Below, piece by piece: positions 38,422-49,668 of a DNA stretch of 64,000 nt. A program made the translations under genes and the position numbers. Positions within the stretch are counted from its first letter, which is position 1. Each line of letters begins with the position of its first letter. A model generated the notes under the pieces. That model worked only from the letters and a program-made list of their open reading frames with translations, made no database searches and was not told the origin of the DNA. Source of the DNA: a bacterium (lineage in GTDB: Bacteria > Zhuqueibacterota > Zhuqueibacteria > Residuimicrobiales > Krinioviventaceae); contig CAXXMD010000003.1 of the NCBI GenBank assembly GCA_963675755.2, positions 736,001 to 800,000 of the forward strand, written 5' to 3'.

Positions 38422-39834
38422 TCAATTTCTTGCCGATTGTTGGTAAGATAATCCGTTATCCAGACAATGGCTGCATGCTTGCGGCACGCAAAATGTTTTA
38501 CCCAAGTGGATAATGCCCTGCTGAACACATGCATTGCTGACCAATTTGGTACGAGTTTGATTTTTTAATACGCGTTTTTTTACATTGCGAATTAAATTAT
38601 TTTCAGCAAGACATGGATAATTTTTATATAATTCTAAAATTAAATTACAAGATTTATGATCATCCACTTCTTTAGCAAAAGCATACATTACAGGGAAAAT
38701 AACATTTACCAAAATATCTCTACTTCTGTCTTTGCCCAGTAATGCATGTGTATTTGATTTCTTTACGGGCTCGAACAAGTAATGCTCAGCCCAGAATCCT
38801 TGTTCTTTAACATCAAAGAGCTCTTCCAGTTCCTTATAAACCACCTTGAACTGATTTTCATTCCGATTCAGCACTTTAAAAAAAGTATTTATAAATCCAT
38901 CTTCTAAAAACCTTACAACAAGCCGGGCAGCTGCCGCTATTCTTCGTGTTGGAAAGTTTTGAGGACGCAATCGAAAAAACTTCCACATTTCTTTTTTTAA
39001 TACAAACAACTTTTTACGATACGGGAATTCCCACCAACATGTTTCAAGCTTTTTGGTATAGTCTAATATTTCTGCATCAACAATATGTACAGGTACAACT
39101 GATTGTGAGGGCAACAGCCCTGCAGTACCCATCAAATAGGCCTCGCATTTTAAAACAGCAAGTGAGACAGGATCCTGCCAAATATGTTTCCAGAGTATTT
39201 CAACATGCAAATGGTCTGCAAGATTCCTGAATGCTACCTGATTTTTAGAATAACCCAGTGCTTCCAATAATGAACGATAGCAAACCTGGTCCCAACTGTT
39301 TGTTAAACTTTGTTCTGTAAACTGTTGAACATGAACCAAAAAACGGGCAATGCCGGCTTTTTCCAAGACATTTTGAATTTGTAAACTGCTGCACAAAGAC
39401 AGTGCACATTCACCGGAAATACTTTCCTGATCGAACACTTTTTGTTTCTCAAGTTCTTCTGAATTTGTTTCCAGTAATGAATCCAGGTTTATGGTTGGAA
39501 TATGTGTACCATTCAAGCTTATGGTTTTAAAATCTGCAGGACAGTCCATAGTTACAACATGTAAAATAACCTGATCATAACGCGGGTCCCGATGATGTCC
39601 ATGGGTATACCAGTCTCCCGCTATGGGATGAATTTCCACATCCCCACGTTTTATTTCACCCTGATATTCTATCAGTGCGTTTAAAAAATCAGGACCGGAA
39701 TCAAAATTACGTACACCTTTTTCCCGAATTATAATTTCCTGACCGTTAATGGTATGTATAGTTTCAGATTCAATGTCTTTTTTTTGCCAGATACGATATA
39801 GAAAGGCTTCCCTTGCCGGTTCGGTAATTTTCAT
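38422..39834 (-). CDS. DUF2851 family protein
   Basis: NFDSGPDFLNA, GDVEIH, WYTHGHHRDPRYDQVILHVV, LGYSKN, WKFFRLRPQNFPTRR, C-terminal CxxxxCxxC. Confidence 0.85.
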   Translation of the reverse strand: MKITEPAREAFLYRIWQKKDIESETIHTINGQEIIIREKGVRNFDSGPDFLNALIEYQGEIKRGDVEIHPIAGDWYTHGHHRDPRYDQVILHVVTMDCPADFKTISLNGTHIPTINLDSLLETNSEELEKQKVFDQESISGECALSLCSSLQIQNVLEKAGIARFLVHVQQFTEQSLTNSWDQVCYRSLLEALGYSKNQVAFRNLADHLHVEILWKHIWQDPVSLAVLKCEAYLMGTAGLLPSQSVVPVHIVDAEILDYTKKLETCWWEFPYRKKLFVLKKEMWKFFRLRPQNFPTRRIAAAARLVVRFLEDGFINTFFKVLNRNENQFKVVYKELEELFDVKEQGFWAEHYLFEPVKKSNTHALLGKDRSRDILVNVIFPVMYAFAKEVDDHKSCNLILELYKNYPCLAENNLIRNVKKRVLKNQTRTKLVSNACVQQGIIHLGKTFCVPQACSHCLDNGLSYQQSARN

Positions 39835-39849
39835 ATAACCCCCAAAATG

Positions 39850-39872
39850 AAAAAGGCCGTATCGCTACGGCC
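39850..39872 (-). terminator. Intrinsic terminator after 39882-40325
   Basis: GGCCGTA/TACGGCC stem followed by U5 on the minus strand. Confidence 0.65.
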
Positions 39873-39881
39873 ATGATCTAT

Positions 39882-40325
39882 TTATTTATTATCGTCTTCT
39901 ACAATGTTTGCATCTTCAATATCATCATTGCCGATTCCGGAACTCAGGTTATCATCTTCAACTGTGACTTTTTCCGCATCAGCATCTTTTTTACGATTTT
40001 CGCCACGGTCTTTTCTCTCTTTTTCTTTTTCTTCTTTGACCGTTTTTATTTCATTCTTTTTATCATCCAGTTTTTGCTCAAGCTCTTTTAATTCCGCAAC
40101 AAGCCGTTTCTCTTCGGGATCATCAGCCAGATTTGCATTTTCATCGCTGCTCAGCAATTCATATGTATGCCCGCCAAGTTCAGAAAATAATTTCTCAATA
40201 TTACGTTTAATTGTCAGAATATCTAGTTGCAATTTGCCAATTTTTCCATATTCTTCTGTTTTGTCCACAACAAGTTCAATACCGTCACGAATGCCATCAC
40301 GAATATCTTCAAACAAAGTTCCCAT
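39882..40325 (-). CDS. Hypothetical coiled-coil protein with acidic tail
   Basis: AAGGAG SD; amphipathic N-terminus, heptad-rich middle, D/E-rich end. Confidence 0.75.
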   Translation of the reverse strand: MGTLFEDIRDGIRDGIELVVDKTEEYGKIGKLQLDILTIKRNIEKLFSELGGHTYELLSSDENANLADDPEEKRLVAELKELEQKLDDKKNEIKTVKEEKEKERKDRGENRKKDADAEKVTVEDDNLSSGIGNDDIEDANIVEDDNK

Positions 40326-40359
40326 AACGTTCTCTCCTTTTTATTAATTTCCCCAAATG

Positions 40360-42591
40360 TTAATTTAATAATAACATTTTATGATATTTTTCAAAATCGC
40401 CGGATTTGAATTTAAGAAAATATACACCGCTGGCAAGCCGATAACCCAGATCGTCCCTGCCATCCCAAACAAATTGGTGCGGACCGGCTGTTCTGGATGC
40501 GTCTAAAATATTACGCACCCGTTGACCCAAAATATTGTATACCGCCATCTCTACATACTGGGTACTGGTTTTAACAGGAAGCTCGAATACTATATTCACA
40601 CTTTCCTTAAAAGGATTCGGATATGTTTCTAATATATAATCATAATCCTCATCCTCGCCCAACGATCCTTGCAGTGCTGTAAAAACATTCATCTTGCCAT
40701 AACCCCAGTCATCATTGGGCAGACTGCCGGTCAAGTTGCTGCCGGTTGCCGAATTGACTAACAGATCTCTAATTACAGTTGCCGTTGTAGATACATTGGT
40801 AGAATCTTTATACTTTTCAAAGATCAGCGCAACCGCACCGGTTACATGCGGGGCTGCCATACTGGTACCGCTGGAAAGTGCCTGTACCCCGGATTCAGAG
40901 ATCAATGCATTAGGCAATTCATCATCAGCCCCATAAAAAATACTGGAACTACTGGTGGGCGGTGCATCTATTGAATAACTGCTCTCAATAATGTGCCCGG
41001 GAGCTGTCAGGTCCGGCTTGACGCGACCATCACGGGTTGGCCCCGGACTAGAAAAGTAAGCAATGTCCTCAAGCTTAACCAATCCTGTGGTATCAAAAGA
41101 TAAATAATTACCATCCAGATCCGTCCAGGTCTTTTTACTCACATAAGCACCAACGGTTATTGCATTTTTAGATGTGCCAGGCACAGATATTTTACCATTA
41201 TCTACCGCCCCTGTTCCAAACTCTACAGCCATGGTGGCATTTGCAATCCAGGCATCTACATTGCCCTCTGTTCCACTGAAACGGAGTTTCCATTCACCCG
41301 CTGCCGGAGGCTGTGTCATGTTTTCATCGCTTACTTCTACATAGATCTCGTAACTGCCAATAATTGGTGAAGCGCCCATCACATAACCGCCTTGCTGTTC
41401 ATAAAACCCATTCCAGACATATACAGTGCCGTCATCCGTTTGATCTTCTATAACATCTCCCTGACGAATCGGACCGATAGTTCTTCCCTCCGGTGTTACC
41501 ACCGTTACAGACACATTCTGGTCACCATCATACCAAATATCCAAACCCACAAAATCATTGGCATTACCCAGATTTGCCGAGTATGGAGAAATGTTGAATG
41601 TAATTTCTTTACTGGTGGTACTGCCGCTAAATACAGCCTGTCCGTGAATATTTAAATCTCTGTCGTTTCCGGCAACATTTACAACCGCTTTGCCAGGCTT
41701 ACCAGGCCCCACCAAACCATCTATAACACGTTCAACACTGGAGGTGCCGTTATGAGCTCCCCAATGACCTCCCAGGCTCATATTCACAACATAAGGCATG
41801 TCTAAATAGGTTGCCAGACTGTCAATAAAATGCAGAGCGATTATCTGATCGGCAGTTAAAAACTCACTGCTCAATTGATCACGGGTAGCTTTAACAATGA
41901 TTAAATCGGCTTCCGGCGCAACACCACAATACTTTCCGAATCCCGCACCATCACTTCCATCACCGGCAGCAATACCAGCCACATGCGTTCCATGACCAGA
42001 ATAATCCCGTTGCGCAACTGTTCCCGCTCCCTTTAGCGCATTGTTGATATCATCTTCTGTATATAGTGTGCCTCCATATACAGAACCATCTTTACTGAAA
42101 TCCAACAGATATTTGATACGGGTATTCTGCTCTGCGTCTATAAAATCCTGATGGGTCCAGTCAATTCCGGAATCAATGATACCAATCAAAACACCTTTGC
42201 CGGTGTAACCCAGCTGCTCGCGCGCGTTAACCGCACCAATGTACGCGGTGCTTTTATCCAGCAAGGGTTTATCTGCAACGGACATTTGCACATACTGAAC
42301 ATTATCAAGCGATGCCAAATCATTCAACCGATCCACTGACAACTCGAGAATAGCCCACTGTTTGTGAACACATCGAATATGACCCAGTTTGGCCAATTCC
42401 GCTACATCACCATCAAATTCTACAATGGTTTCAACTTGCCAGCCAGAAGCGGTTTTTTTTAAACCCTGTTCCTGCAAGCCTTCTGCGCGCTGAGGATATA
42501 GTGTCAGTAGTCCCAATTGCGGGCCAAGCTTTTCAATCCCTGCCCACAACTGGCTGCATAATATTAACAATAGAATTATATATTTTTTCAA
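40360..42591 (-). CDS. Secreted S8 subtilase (CspA-like inserted domain) with C-terminal sorting domain
   Basis: Triad IIDSG / HGTHVAG / SGTSMAAPHV, ~150-aa insertion after AGND, TYPNPF...KMLLLN tail. Confidence 0.93.
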   Translation of the reverse strand: MKKYIILLLILCSQLWAGIEKLGPQLGLLTLYPQRAEGLQEQGLKKTASGWQVETIVEFDGDVAELAKLGHIRCVHKQWAILELSVDRLNDLASLDNVQYVQMSVADKPLLDKSTAYIGAVNAREQLGYTGKGVLIGIIDSGIDWTHQDFIDAEQNTRIKYLLDFSKDGSVYGGTLYTEDDINNALKGAGTVAQRDYSGHGTHVAGIAAGDGSDGAGFGKYCGVAPEADLIIVKATRDQLSSEFLTADQIIALHFIDSLATYLDMPYVVNMSLGGHWGAHNGTSSVERVIDGLVGPGKPGKAVVNVAGNDRDLNIHGQAVFSGSTTSKEITFNISPYSANLGNANDFVGLDIWYDGDQNVSVTVVTPEGRTIGPIRQGDVIEDQTDDGTVYVWNGFYEQQGGYVMGASPIIGSYEIYVEVSDENMTQPPAAGEWKLRFSGTEGNVDAWIANATMAVEFGTGAVDNGKISVPGTSKNAITVGAYVSKKTWTDLDGNYLSFDTTGLVKLEDIAYFSSPGPTRDGRVKPDLTAPGHIIESSYSIDAPPTSSSSIFYGADDELPNALISESGVQALSSGTSMAAPHVTGAVALIFEKYKDSTNVSTTATVIRDLLVNSATGSNLTGSLPNDDWGYGKMNVFTALQGSLGEDEDYDYILETYPNPFKESVNIVFELPVKTSTQYVEMAVYNILGQRVRNILDASRTAGPHQFVWDGRDDLGYRLASGVYFLKFKSGDFEKYHKMLLLN

Positions 42592-42647
42592 ATATCACCT
42601 GCATGTTTATGAATAAATACGCAAATATTCCATCAGGGTTCCATCCA

Positions 42648-45600
42648 TTAACGATTGCTAAGCTGGTCCCGTTTTTTTCTGGCAGGTTCATAATCAGAAT
42701 CCAGCAACAATGCACGGTCCAGTTCGGATACAGCTTCTTTGACCATCCCCTTCATTTCATAAGCCTGGGCCAGATAAAAATGCGCAGGGACAAAGTTAAA
42801 ATCGACTTCTGTCGCTTTTTTGAAATTTCGAAATGCCGGATCAAGCTTGCCCATTTTCCAGTAACACATTCCGGCATAAAAATAAGAGGCGCCATAGCCT
42901 GGGTCCAGCTGCTGGGCCTGTTCCAGTTCACGCAAGGCAATATCCGGGCGATTTTGCATATAATAGATCACACCCAAATGATGATGCGGCTGAGCATACT
43001 GCGGATCAAGCTGCACTGCCTTGTTAAACATCTGAAACGCAGATTGAACATTCCGCTCTTCCATATAAATCTCACCCAGTGCCTGGTGCGCACGTGCATT
43101 ACGCGGATTCAACTGGATCATTTTTTCCAGTTCGCCTTTCCGGCGATCAATCAACCCATCCAGATATAATGTATTTTGGTTTCCGGGACTTTTTTCAAGC
43201 GCCTGATTATAAAACTCGTGTGCTTTGTCATACTCACCCATCCAGGCCATTACCTGTCCTTTTGAAACCAGCGATTTGGTATCATCCATGCGTTTCAGGT
43301 TTTCCTGCACGGTATCCGGTTTAGCAACATTGTACAAATATGGCCATGCTGAACCTTTAAGGTATCCTAAACTTGTCATTACTTCTGTATTAACTGACAC
43401 ACTCATTTCCCGAGAAAACTCGATAAACGGCAAGTCATCTGAATTGATAGGTGCGGGTTCACCGTACTCGTACAGTTTATCATCCGCAATCAAAAAACAA
43501 CTCAACAATTCATATGGATCTTCCATATTGACTTCACGCAGGTCTTTATTGACTTCCGGAATGGATAAGCGCTCAAGTAATCTTGCATAATCAATTTTAA
43601 AGGGCTGCATAGTGGCCATTAACAACATGTGCGAGGGGTTTACATACCACAATGAGCTGTGGGGATATACATGACAAAATGTATTGATCAATGACTGGTA
43701 TTCCAGTTCAGTAATAGCATTGGGTGGCAGCCATGCGATAATAATACCATCATCTGTTAAAATCTCTTTACACATTTCATAAAATTCAAGTGTATACAGA
43801 TTGGGACTGATTTTAGGATGGATTGCGTTAAACGAAATCACATCATATTTTTTGTTCGTGCCCTTTATATATTCTCTACCATCTGCAAAGATCAGATTGT
43901 AATTGGGATGATCAATTACATTATGGTTCTGCTTTTCAAAATAGGGTGCGGTATCAATCTCGTCTTTAACCAGTTCAACACAGTCCACCTGTACATCAGG
44001 ATACAGTACAGACGCCCAGGATGTACTTCCGAACCCAAATCCCACAACCAGAACATCCTGAGGATCGGGATGAATCAGCAGCGGCAAATGGCCCAGCAGT
44101 TTGTGGACCTGCATATCCTGGTATATGGTAAAAGCAGTAGATTCACCATTGATATTCAATTCCCGTTCACCGGTTATGCGGTCCTCAAGCACAGCTATGG
44201 AAGCATCAATACCCTCTTTATAGTGCAACAGATCATAACGCTTCATTGAACCTTCAAACTCTACACTGGAAAGTACAATAGGATCTCTATTGGTATTAAA
44301 GGCAACCAGCACCATAGCCAGTATGGCAATAGCAGACCAGATATAACGATTGTTGCGTTTGATATCGGGATGATAAAGAAAAACAGTTAATCCCACTAGC
44401 AGGTTGATCATGACCACAATTGCAATACTTAACCGTAGTCCGGCAAAGGGTATTAAAATAAATCCTGCGGCAAAAGAGCCCGCAATAGAACCAATTGTAT
44501 TCGCGGCATAAATTTTACCTACATTTTCACCAATTCCCTTTATGCTTTTGTTGTAACTTTTAACAACGATGGGAAAAGTGGCACCCATTAGCAATGTAGG
44601 AACAAGCATAACCAGGAATGACAATAAAAATTTAACACCTACATTAGACCACCAGTCATTGTAGCCCAAACTCATTCTCAGATTGTTGCTAATGTCATAC
44701 ATGTTTCCAATCAACGGAATCACGGCAAGTGCAGACAAACCAATCAAAACCTCTATAATAGCAAACAGCTTCAAATGGTCTTTGACCTTGTCCACAAACC
44801 GGGAGGCAAAGAAACTACCCAGAGCTATACCTACCAGAAATGTTGTTAAAATTGTTGTAAACGTATAAGTTGTGAGTCCCAGAAAGTAAAGCAGTGAACG
44901 CGTCCATAAAATTTCATAAGCAAGTGAAGCCAATCCGGAAAAACCAAAACCCCACAGCAGCAGACGGTAAACCCGTTTTTCGCTCTTGTCTGCAATTTTT
45001 TGTTCTTCAACAATCTCACTCTCGGGAACCGGTTTGGCACTTATGAGCATAAACTGACCGATCAGAATTGCACCCGCACCAGCCAGGATATTAATTGCAG
45101 CAGCAATAAAAACAGTAACTTGTACACCAAACAACTTGATCAAAAAGAAACCGGTCACAAACGCACCAATGACCGCTCCCAGCGTATTAAAAGAATACAA
45201 ATAGCCGGCAAGTCTGCCCACATGTCCTTTTTTGTTCACAAAGAATTTGATCAGAATTGGCAGCGTTCCGCCCATTAACACGGTAGGAATCAAAATCACA
45301 ATGAATGCAACCACAAACCGGATAATTGAAAATACAGCAAAATTGGGTGAAAAAGCCACATAGATAAGAGTATATAGCTGATCAAGCAGTTTAAAGATAA
45401 ACAGAGAGGCAAGCGCGTAAAGTCCTACACCTACTTCAAGGTACCCATATAATCGCAATGGAGAGCTGGAATGGTCTGCCCGCTTACCAAAGTACCAACT
45501 GCCGACCGACAACCCAGCCATATATGCAGAAACAACTGTACTTGCCGCAAATGCGGTAACTCCAAAAATCAGCTTCAGCATGCGCATCCATACAACCTGG

Positions 45601-45740
45601 TAAACCAGGCCGCTGATGCCTGAAAACAGAAACAGAGCAAGTACGAGGATTTGAATTTTATAATTCCAAAACAAGGGAACCAGTTGTGTTTTTTTCGTTT
45701 GAATCGGTTTTTTTTCGCTTCTATTCTTATTGCGTGCCAC
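42648..45740 (-). CDS. Fused multi-TM (MFS-like) / spermidine-synthase-like / TPR protein
   Basis: SGISGLVYQVVWMR and SGLASLAYEILWTR duplicated TM halves; VLVVGFGFGST SAM-binding loop, DGREY; C-terminal TPR repeats. Confidence 0.88.
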   Translation of the reverse strand: MARNKNRSEKKPIQTKKTQLVPLFWNYKIQILVLALFLFSGISGLVYQVVWMRMLKLIFGVTAFAASTVVSAYMAGLSVGSWYFGKRADHSSSPLRLYGYLEVGVGLYALASLFIFKLLDQLYTLIYVAFSPNFAVFSIIRFVVAFIVILIPTVLMGGTLPILIKFFVNKKGHVGRLAGYLYSFNTLGAVIGAFVTGFFLIKLFGVQVTVFIAAAINILAGAGAILIGQFMLISAKPVPESEIVEEQKIADKSEKRVYRLLLWGFGFSGLASLAYEILWTRSLLYFLGLTTYTFTTILTTFLVGIALGSFFASRFVDKVKDHLKLFAIIEVLIGLSALAVIPLIGNMYDISNNLRMSLGYNDWWSNVGVKFLLSFLVMLVPTLLMGATFPIVVKSYNKSIKGIGENVGKIYAANTIGSIAGSFAAGFILIPFAGLRLSIAIVVMINLLVGLTVFLYHPDIKRNNRYIWSAIAILAMVLVAFNTNRDPIVLSSVEFEGSMKRYDLLHYKEGIDASIAVLEDRITGERELNINGESTAFTIYQDMQVHKLLGHLPLLIHPDPQDVLVVGFGFGSTSWASVLYPDVQVDCVELVKDEIDTAPYFEKQNHNVIDHPNYNLIFADGREYIKGTNKKYDVISFNAIHPKISPNLYTLEFYEMCKEILTDDGIIIAWLPPNAITELEYQSLINTFCHVYPHSSLWYVNPSHMLLMATMQPFKIDYARLLERLSIPEVNKDLREVNMEDPYELLSCFLIADDKLYEYGEPAPINSDDLPFIEFSREMSVSVNTEVMTSLGYLKGSAWPYLYNVAKPDTVQENLKRMDDTKSLVSKGQVMAWMGEYDKAHEFYNQALEKSPGNQNTLYLDGLIDRRKGELEKMIQLNPRNARAHQALGEIYMEERNVQSAFQMFNKAVQLDPQYAQPHHHLGVIYYMQNRPDIALRELEQAQQLDPGYGASYFYAGMCYWKMGKLDPAFRNFKKATEVDFNFVPAHFYLAQAYEMKGMVKEAVSELDRALLLDSDYEPARKKRDQLSNR

Positions 45741-45810
45741 TCAATACTCCGGGATTATGTCATCGTTTATATTAATATAGAATAAATTCAAATAAAAAGC
45801 AGGTAAAATC

Positions 45811-48800
45811 TCATCGCAGCAGTAAAACTTTGGTAACCCGTGAGAAAGCATCTGTTTGCATTTTGATCAAATACATACCGGAACCAGCTTCATCATGAGC
45901 ATCTGTGTGTCCATCCCAGTGGACCCGATGTACACCGGGCTGTACCCACTCGTGCGCCAGTGTTCTTATTTTTTGCCCCAGCACGTTATAAACGGCAATA
46001 TCCACGATTGCACTTTTCGGCACCGTATATTCCAGGGATGTACCCGCATTAAAGGGATTGGGATAGCTGCTGCTCAAATTCCACTCAAGAGGTGCGGAAA
46101 TTTCATTTTCTATATCAGAAGTGGATTTGTCGTACAATTTAAAATCATCAATATACCAACCCGCGTCTTCAGTCTGGGCTGTACTGACAAAATGGATACG
46201 AATCAGTACAGTTTGGTTTAAATAATCTGCAAGGTCAAAAGTCGCAAGCTGCCATGCTGAAATAGCCCCGCTAAATGCAGGTTCGTTTGGCAATGCTGTC
46301 AGGCTTTCACAATCATAACCTGCTTGTGGCTGCAATACCGTCCAGGTTGCGCCATCATCAATAGAGATCTTTACATTGCCGCCATCAAAACCACTGTTTA
46401 GATAATCCATTTGATAGTATTGCCGAAACTCGAGAAAAGGTTCAGCCATACCATCCAGATCCACAGGCAGTGTTGTTATTGAATTGTCGGCATTTGCTGT
46501 ATAGTCTCCATCCAGCTCGGTTCCCCAGCAATTCATACCGGAAAATGCAGTTTCAGGACCTCTGAACTGTAAACCGGGGCCGGGTTCTCCCCATTGCCAT
46601 AAACCATCCGTTTGCAGCAATCCGGGACCGGATTCAAAATCTACAAAAAATTCATCAGTTCCAAATGTTAGTGTAAAATTCAAATCACTCTTGCCCGTTT
46701 CCGGAATTGAAACCAGGGTATCCAAAAAACTTGACGACGGGGCATTCACATAAAACCTGACTTTACCCGGCAGGACCGCACCAAACTCAAAGGCACCATC
46801 ATCACCAGAAACAGTTTTTGTGTTTTGATCAATCAGTATAACTGAGGCGTTCCGCAAAGGCGATCCGGAATCCGTATAAACATGGCCCTGCACTGAAACA
46901 GGATCCATCTGTTCAAGCTCATAATCAAATACCATATCATCCATATTGACTGCAACGGTATCGATTAAAGTTCCAAACCCGTTAGCACTTAACTGTACAA
47001 TATATTTTCCAATGGGGAGATCATGGATTTCATACAACCCATTTTCATCTCCTGCAACAGACAGAGTATACTCACTCCACAGAGCGTTCAGTTCAACAAG
47101 AGGATTCGGGACAGCTCCCTCACCCTGGGTTACCTGGCCTGATATTTCGGCAAATTCAGAGTCTACGATAAAGGATTTGGACTGGATCATGTAGCCAGCT
47201 TTAGCGGCTTTGATTGACAATTCACCATCATATTGGGGGATAACAGAAAAATCAGCGCTTGCATACACCGCATCTAAACCACAGCCCGAAACGTAAAACG
47301 AATCCGCCTCGGGAACAGCTGTTACCGTAACGTTTGTCAGCACACCCGGCATGAATAAAATATTGTCAAGCGCAATAGCCGGTTCTGCGGAGACCGTAAA
47401 TGCAGTAAATACTGAACCGGATTGTACGGGAAGCACACCGGAATATAAAAGGATTTCATCTCCGACTCTGTTGCCGGTTATGATCAAATCCTGTCCGTAC
47501 AATGAAAGCAATTCCAGGCTTGCGTTACCATTTTCGTCGGTAATACAATTTAGAGTGCCTGATACACCAACACCTGCAACATGGATCTCAAAATCGGGTA
47601 CAGGGCCTATACCGGATTGCTGAACGTGAAATTCTACTTGTTGATTTTCACCAACTGTCAGGTATGTGGGATTTGTTGTAATGGTTATATCGGTATCAAT
47701 GTATATAGACTTGATCGCTGTTTCATGCCCAGGTTGACTGACCGTCAACAAGATATTATCATATAATGCCAGATCACGATCAATGGCTATTTCTGCAATG
47801 CCCTGTTGGGTATATGCGCTTCCCAGCAATTCTCCCTGAACGCTGATTGCCGCCAAGGCGTTGCCGGCGGAGCCTGATGAAACAGATACCGTAACCCTGT
47901 CAATATTGGCCGGCAAGGTATCGGGTGCGGTTACAGCAAGCGCCTGGGGCTGCCCCATCCAGACCGGCAGTGTGGGATCACCCAATATATTGTAAATTTC
48001 CTGATAAATATCATAATAGGCATATCCACGCGTAAACAGTTCAAACCTTGCAGCCATAACACTTTCGGATATTGTCGAATATCCACCATTATCAATGGCA
48101 TTGAACAGGCGGTCCTGCAAAAAATAATCCTGATACCACATGGAAAGGTCTGTAGAGCCCAGGAACAATGCGGCACCGGTATTTTCATATTTCAACCAGC
48201 TTTCGCCCAAACATTCAACCTGCCCATAATCACCTGCGTTACAACCAAAACTAAACACCAATGGGTACCGGTCCATATTGTTAAAATAATAAATATCCAC
48301 CAAATTAAACGGCTCAACAGCGGTGCCCAAGTCACTCCAGTTGCCAATACTGCCATGCCCGGAATAAACCACACTGGCAGTACCGCGCTCAAAAGCCTGG
48401 TTCAGTGGAGTTTTGTCGGGAGAATCAAACGTCCAGATAGAATCGCTGGATACACTATTGGGGGTAAAATATCTTGAAATACTTTTCCGATGCCCGTCTT
48501 GAACAAAATCATAAAAATTCTCATCTTGTGTTGCTATAAAGGTAGCATAATCCAGCCAACTCTGGTCCGTGTCATTCAATTGCTCATATGAGAGGCTTTT
48601 TGAGACCATAATCGCCAACTCGGATGCGGAGGATGCGGGGAAACGGCCTACAAACAGATCGGTAAACACATCCCCGCCACCATCCATCTCGCCATAATAC
48701 AGATCTGTGGTGTGTGTAACGTATGGGTTCAGCGTATGCCCACCATCAAACGCAGGTATCACCTCTGTCCCTCCTGCCAACAGAACATACTGTGGAGGAT

Positions 48801-49668
48801 TTTCCCATGTATAATAAGCATTTTGAATGTATTGACGAATGGACGCGGTATCGCTTCCGGTTTGGGCAAGAGTCGCAACTGTAACATTGTAACCTTTTTG
48901 ACGCTTCCATGTAACCAGCGGAGTTATTGCATTTACAAATGATTCCGGAGTAATAACCAGCAATACAGGCGGGGCCTGAACGGCTTCAAATGTTAATTGG
49001 GGATTGGAAACAAAAGTATCCAATACGGAATCAAAACCTGAAACAGGGTATTTACTGCTTACGGGCACATAACCGTGCTGCACCTCGAATGACAGTTCCG
49101 GATAGTAGCGAATTTTAGCAGTAACCGGATTGTATTGCAAAGGATAATAATCAATCCTGACATAACGTTTTCCCCGGATTCGAGCGAATCCTCCAACAAC
49201 AACCGGTTCAGCCGGAAAGAACTCATCGTTTCTGTAAACATCCCCTTTATCATAGACAGGTGGTTGTGACGCATCTGTTATGTTATAAGATGCAACCGGT
49301 ATAATGGGGTGAGCCCAACCGCTCTTTTCAAGATCCATCAACTCCATTGATCCGGGATGAATCTCAATATGCACATCACCTTTAATCGGAACCTCTAACA
49401 AACGATACATAACCGGTAACTGGGGAAATCCGGGTTGTTTGCTTAAATCCGTACCTGGAATTTCTACCTTGCACCAGTCAGCGTCTTGAGCACGTTGGTC
49501 CGTTATTTCAAAACCGGTAATTCTCACATTAAAGACAGAACCATTCTCCTGAACATCAAGAGATGTCTGTTCTGTACCAGTCTTTAAATGGGAAACCCAG
49601 CGAGCAAAAACATCGCCGGGTTTTCCAATAAATACTAGTAAAAATATGTAGAATAAAACATGTCTCAC
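45811..49668 (-). CDS. Secreted C25 (gingipain-like) cysteine peptidase with propeptide, carboxypeptidase-regulatory-like repeats, adhesin-like domain and sorting domain
   Basis: PGFPQLP propeptide, WKRQKGY, YVLLAG, TDLYY, VGRFP, catalytic YSGHGS and FGCNAG, YNILGDP; SSYPNPFN...KVLLLR. Confidence 0.92.
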   Translation of the reverse strand: MRHVLFYIFLLVFIGKPGDVFARWVSHLKTGTEQTSLDVQENGSVFNVRITGFEITDQRAQDADWCKVEIPGTDLSKQPGFPQLPVMYRLLEVPIKGDVHIEIHPGSMELMDLEKSGWAHPIIPVASYNITDASQPPVYDKGDVYRNDEFFPAEPVVVGGFARIRGKRYVRIDYYPLQYNPVTAKIRYYPELSFEVQHGYVPVSSKYPVSGFDSVLDTFVSNPQLTFEAVQAPPVLLVITPESFVNAITPLVTWKRQKGYNVTVATLAQTGSDTASIRQYIQNAYYTWENPPQYVLLAGGTEVIPAFDGGHTLNPYVTHTTDLYYGEMDGGGDVFTDLFVGRFPASSASELAIMVSKSLSYEQLNDTDQSWLDYATFIATQDENFYDFVQDGHRKSISRYFTPNSVSSDSIWTFDSPDKTPLNQAFERGTASVVYSGHGSIGNWSDLGTAVEPFNLVDIYYFNNMDRYPLVFSFGCNAGDYGQVECLGESWLKYENTGAALFLGSTDLSMWYQDYFLQDRLFNAIDNGGYSTISESVMAARFELFTRGYAYYDIYQEIYNILGDPTLPVWMGQPQALAVTAPDTLPANIDRVTVSVSSGSAGNALAAISVQGELLGSAYTQQGIAEIAIDRDLALYDNILLTVSQPGHETAIKSIYIDTDITITTNPTYLTVGENQQVEFHVQQSGIGPVPDFEIHVAGVGVSGTLNCITDENGNASLELLSLYGQDLIITGNRVGDEILLYSGVLPVQSGSVFTAFTVSAEPAIALDNILFMPGVLTNVTVTAVPEADSFYVSGCGLDAVYASADFSVIPQYDGELSIKAAKAGYMIQSKSFIVDSEFAEISGQVTQGEGAVPNPLVELNALWSEYTLSVAGDENGLYEIHDLPIGKYIVQLSANGFGTLIDTVAVNMDDMVFDYELEQMDPVSVQGHVYTDSGSPLRNASVILIDQNTKTVSGDDGAFEFGAVLPGKVRFYVNAPSSSFLDTLVSIPETGKSDLNFTLTFGTDEFFVDFESGPGLLQTDGLWQWGEPGPGLQFRGPETAFSGMNCWGTELDGDYTANADNSITTLPVDLDGMAEPFLEFRQYYQMDYLNSGFDGGNVKISIDDGATWTVLQPQAGYDCESLTALPNEPAFSGAISAWQLATFDLADYLNQTVLIRIHFVSTAQTEDAGWYIDDFKLYDKSTSDIENEISAPLEWNLSSSYPNPFNAGTSLEYTVPKSAIVDIAVYNVLGQKIRTLAHEWVQPGVHRVHWDGHTDAHDEAGSGMYLIKMQTDAFSRVTKVLLLR

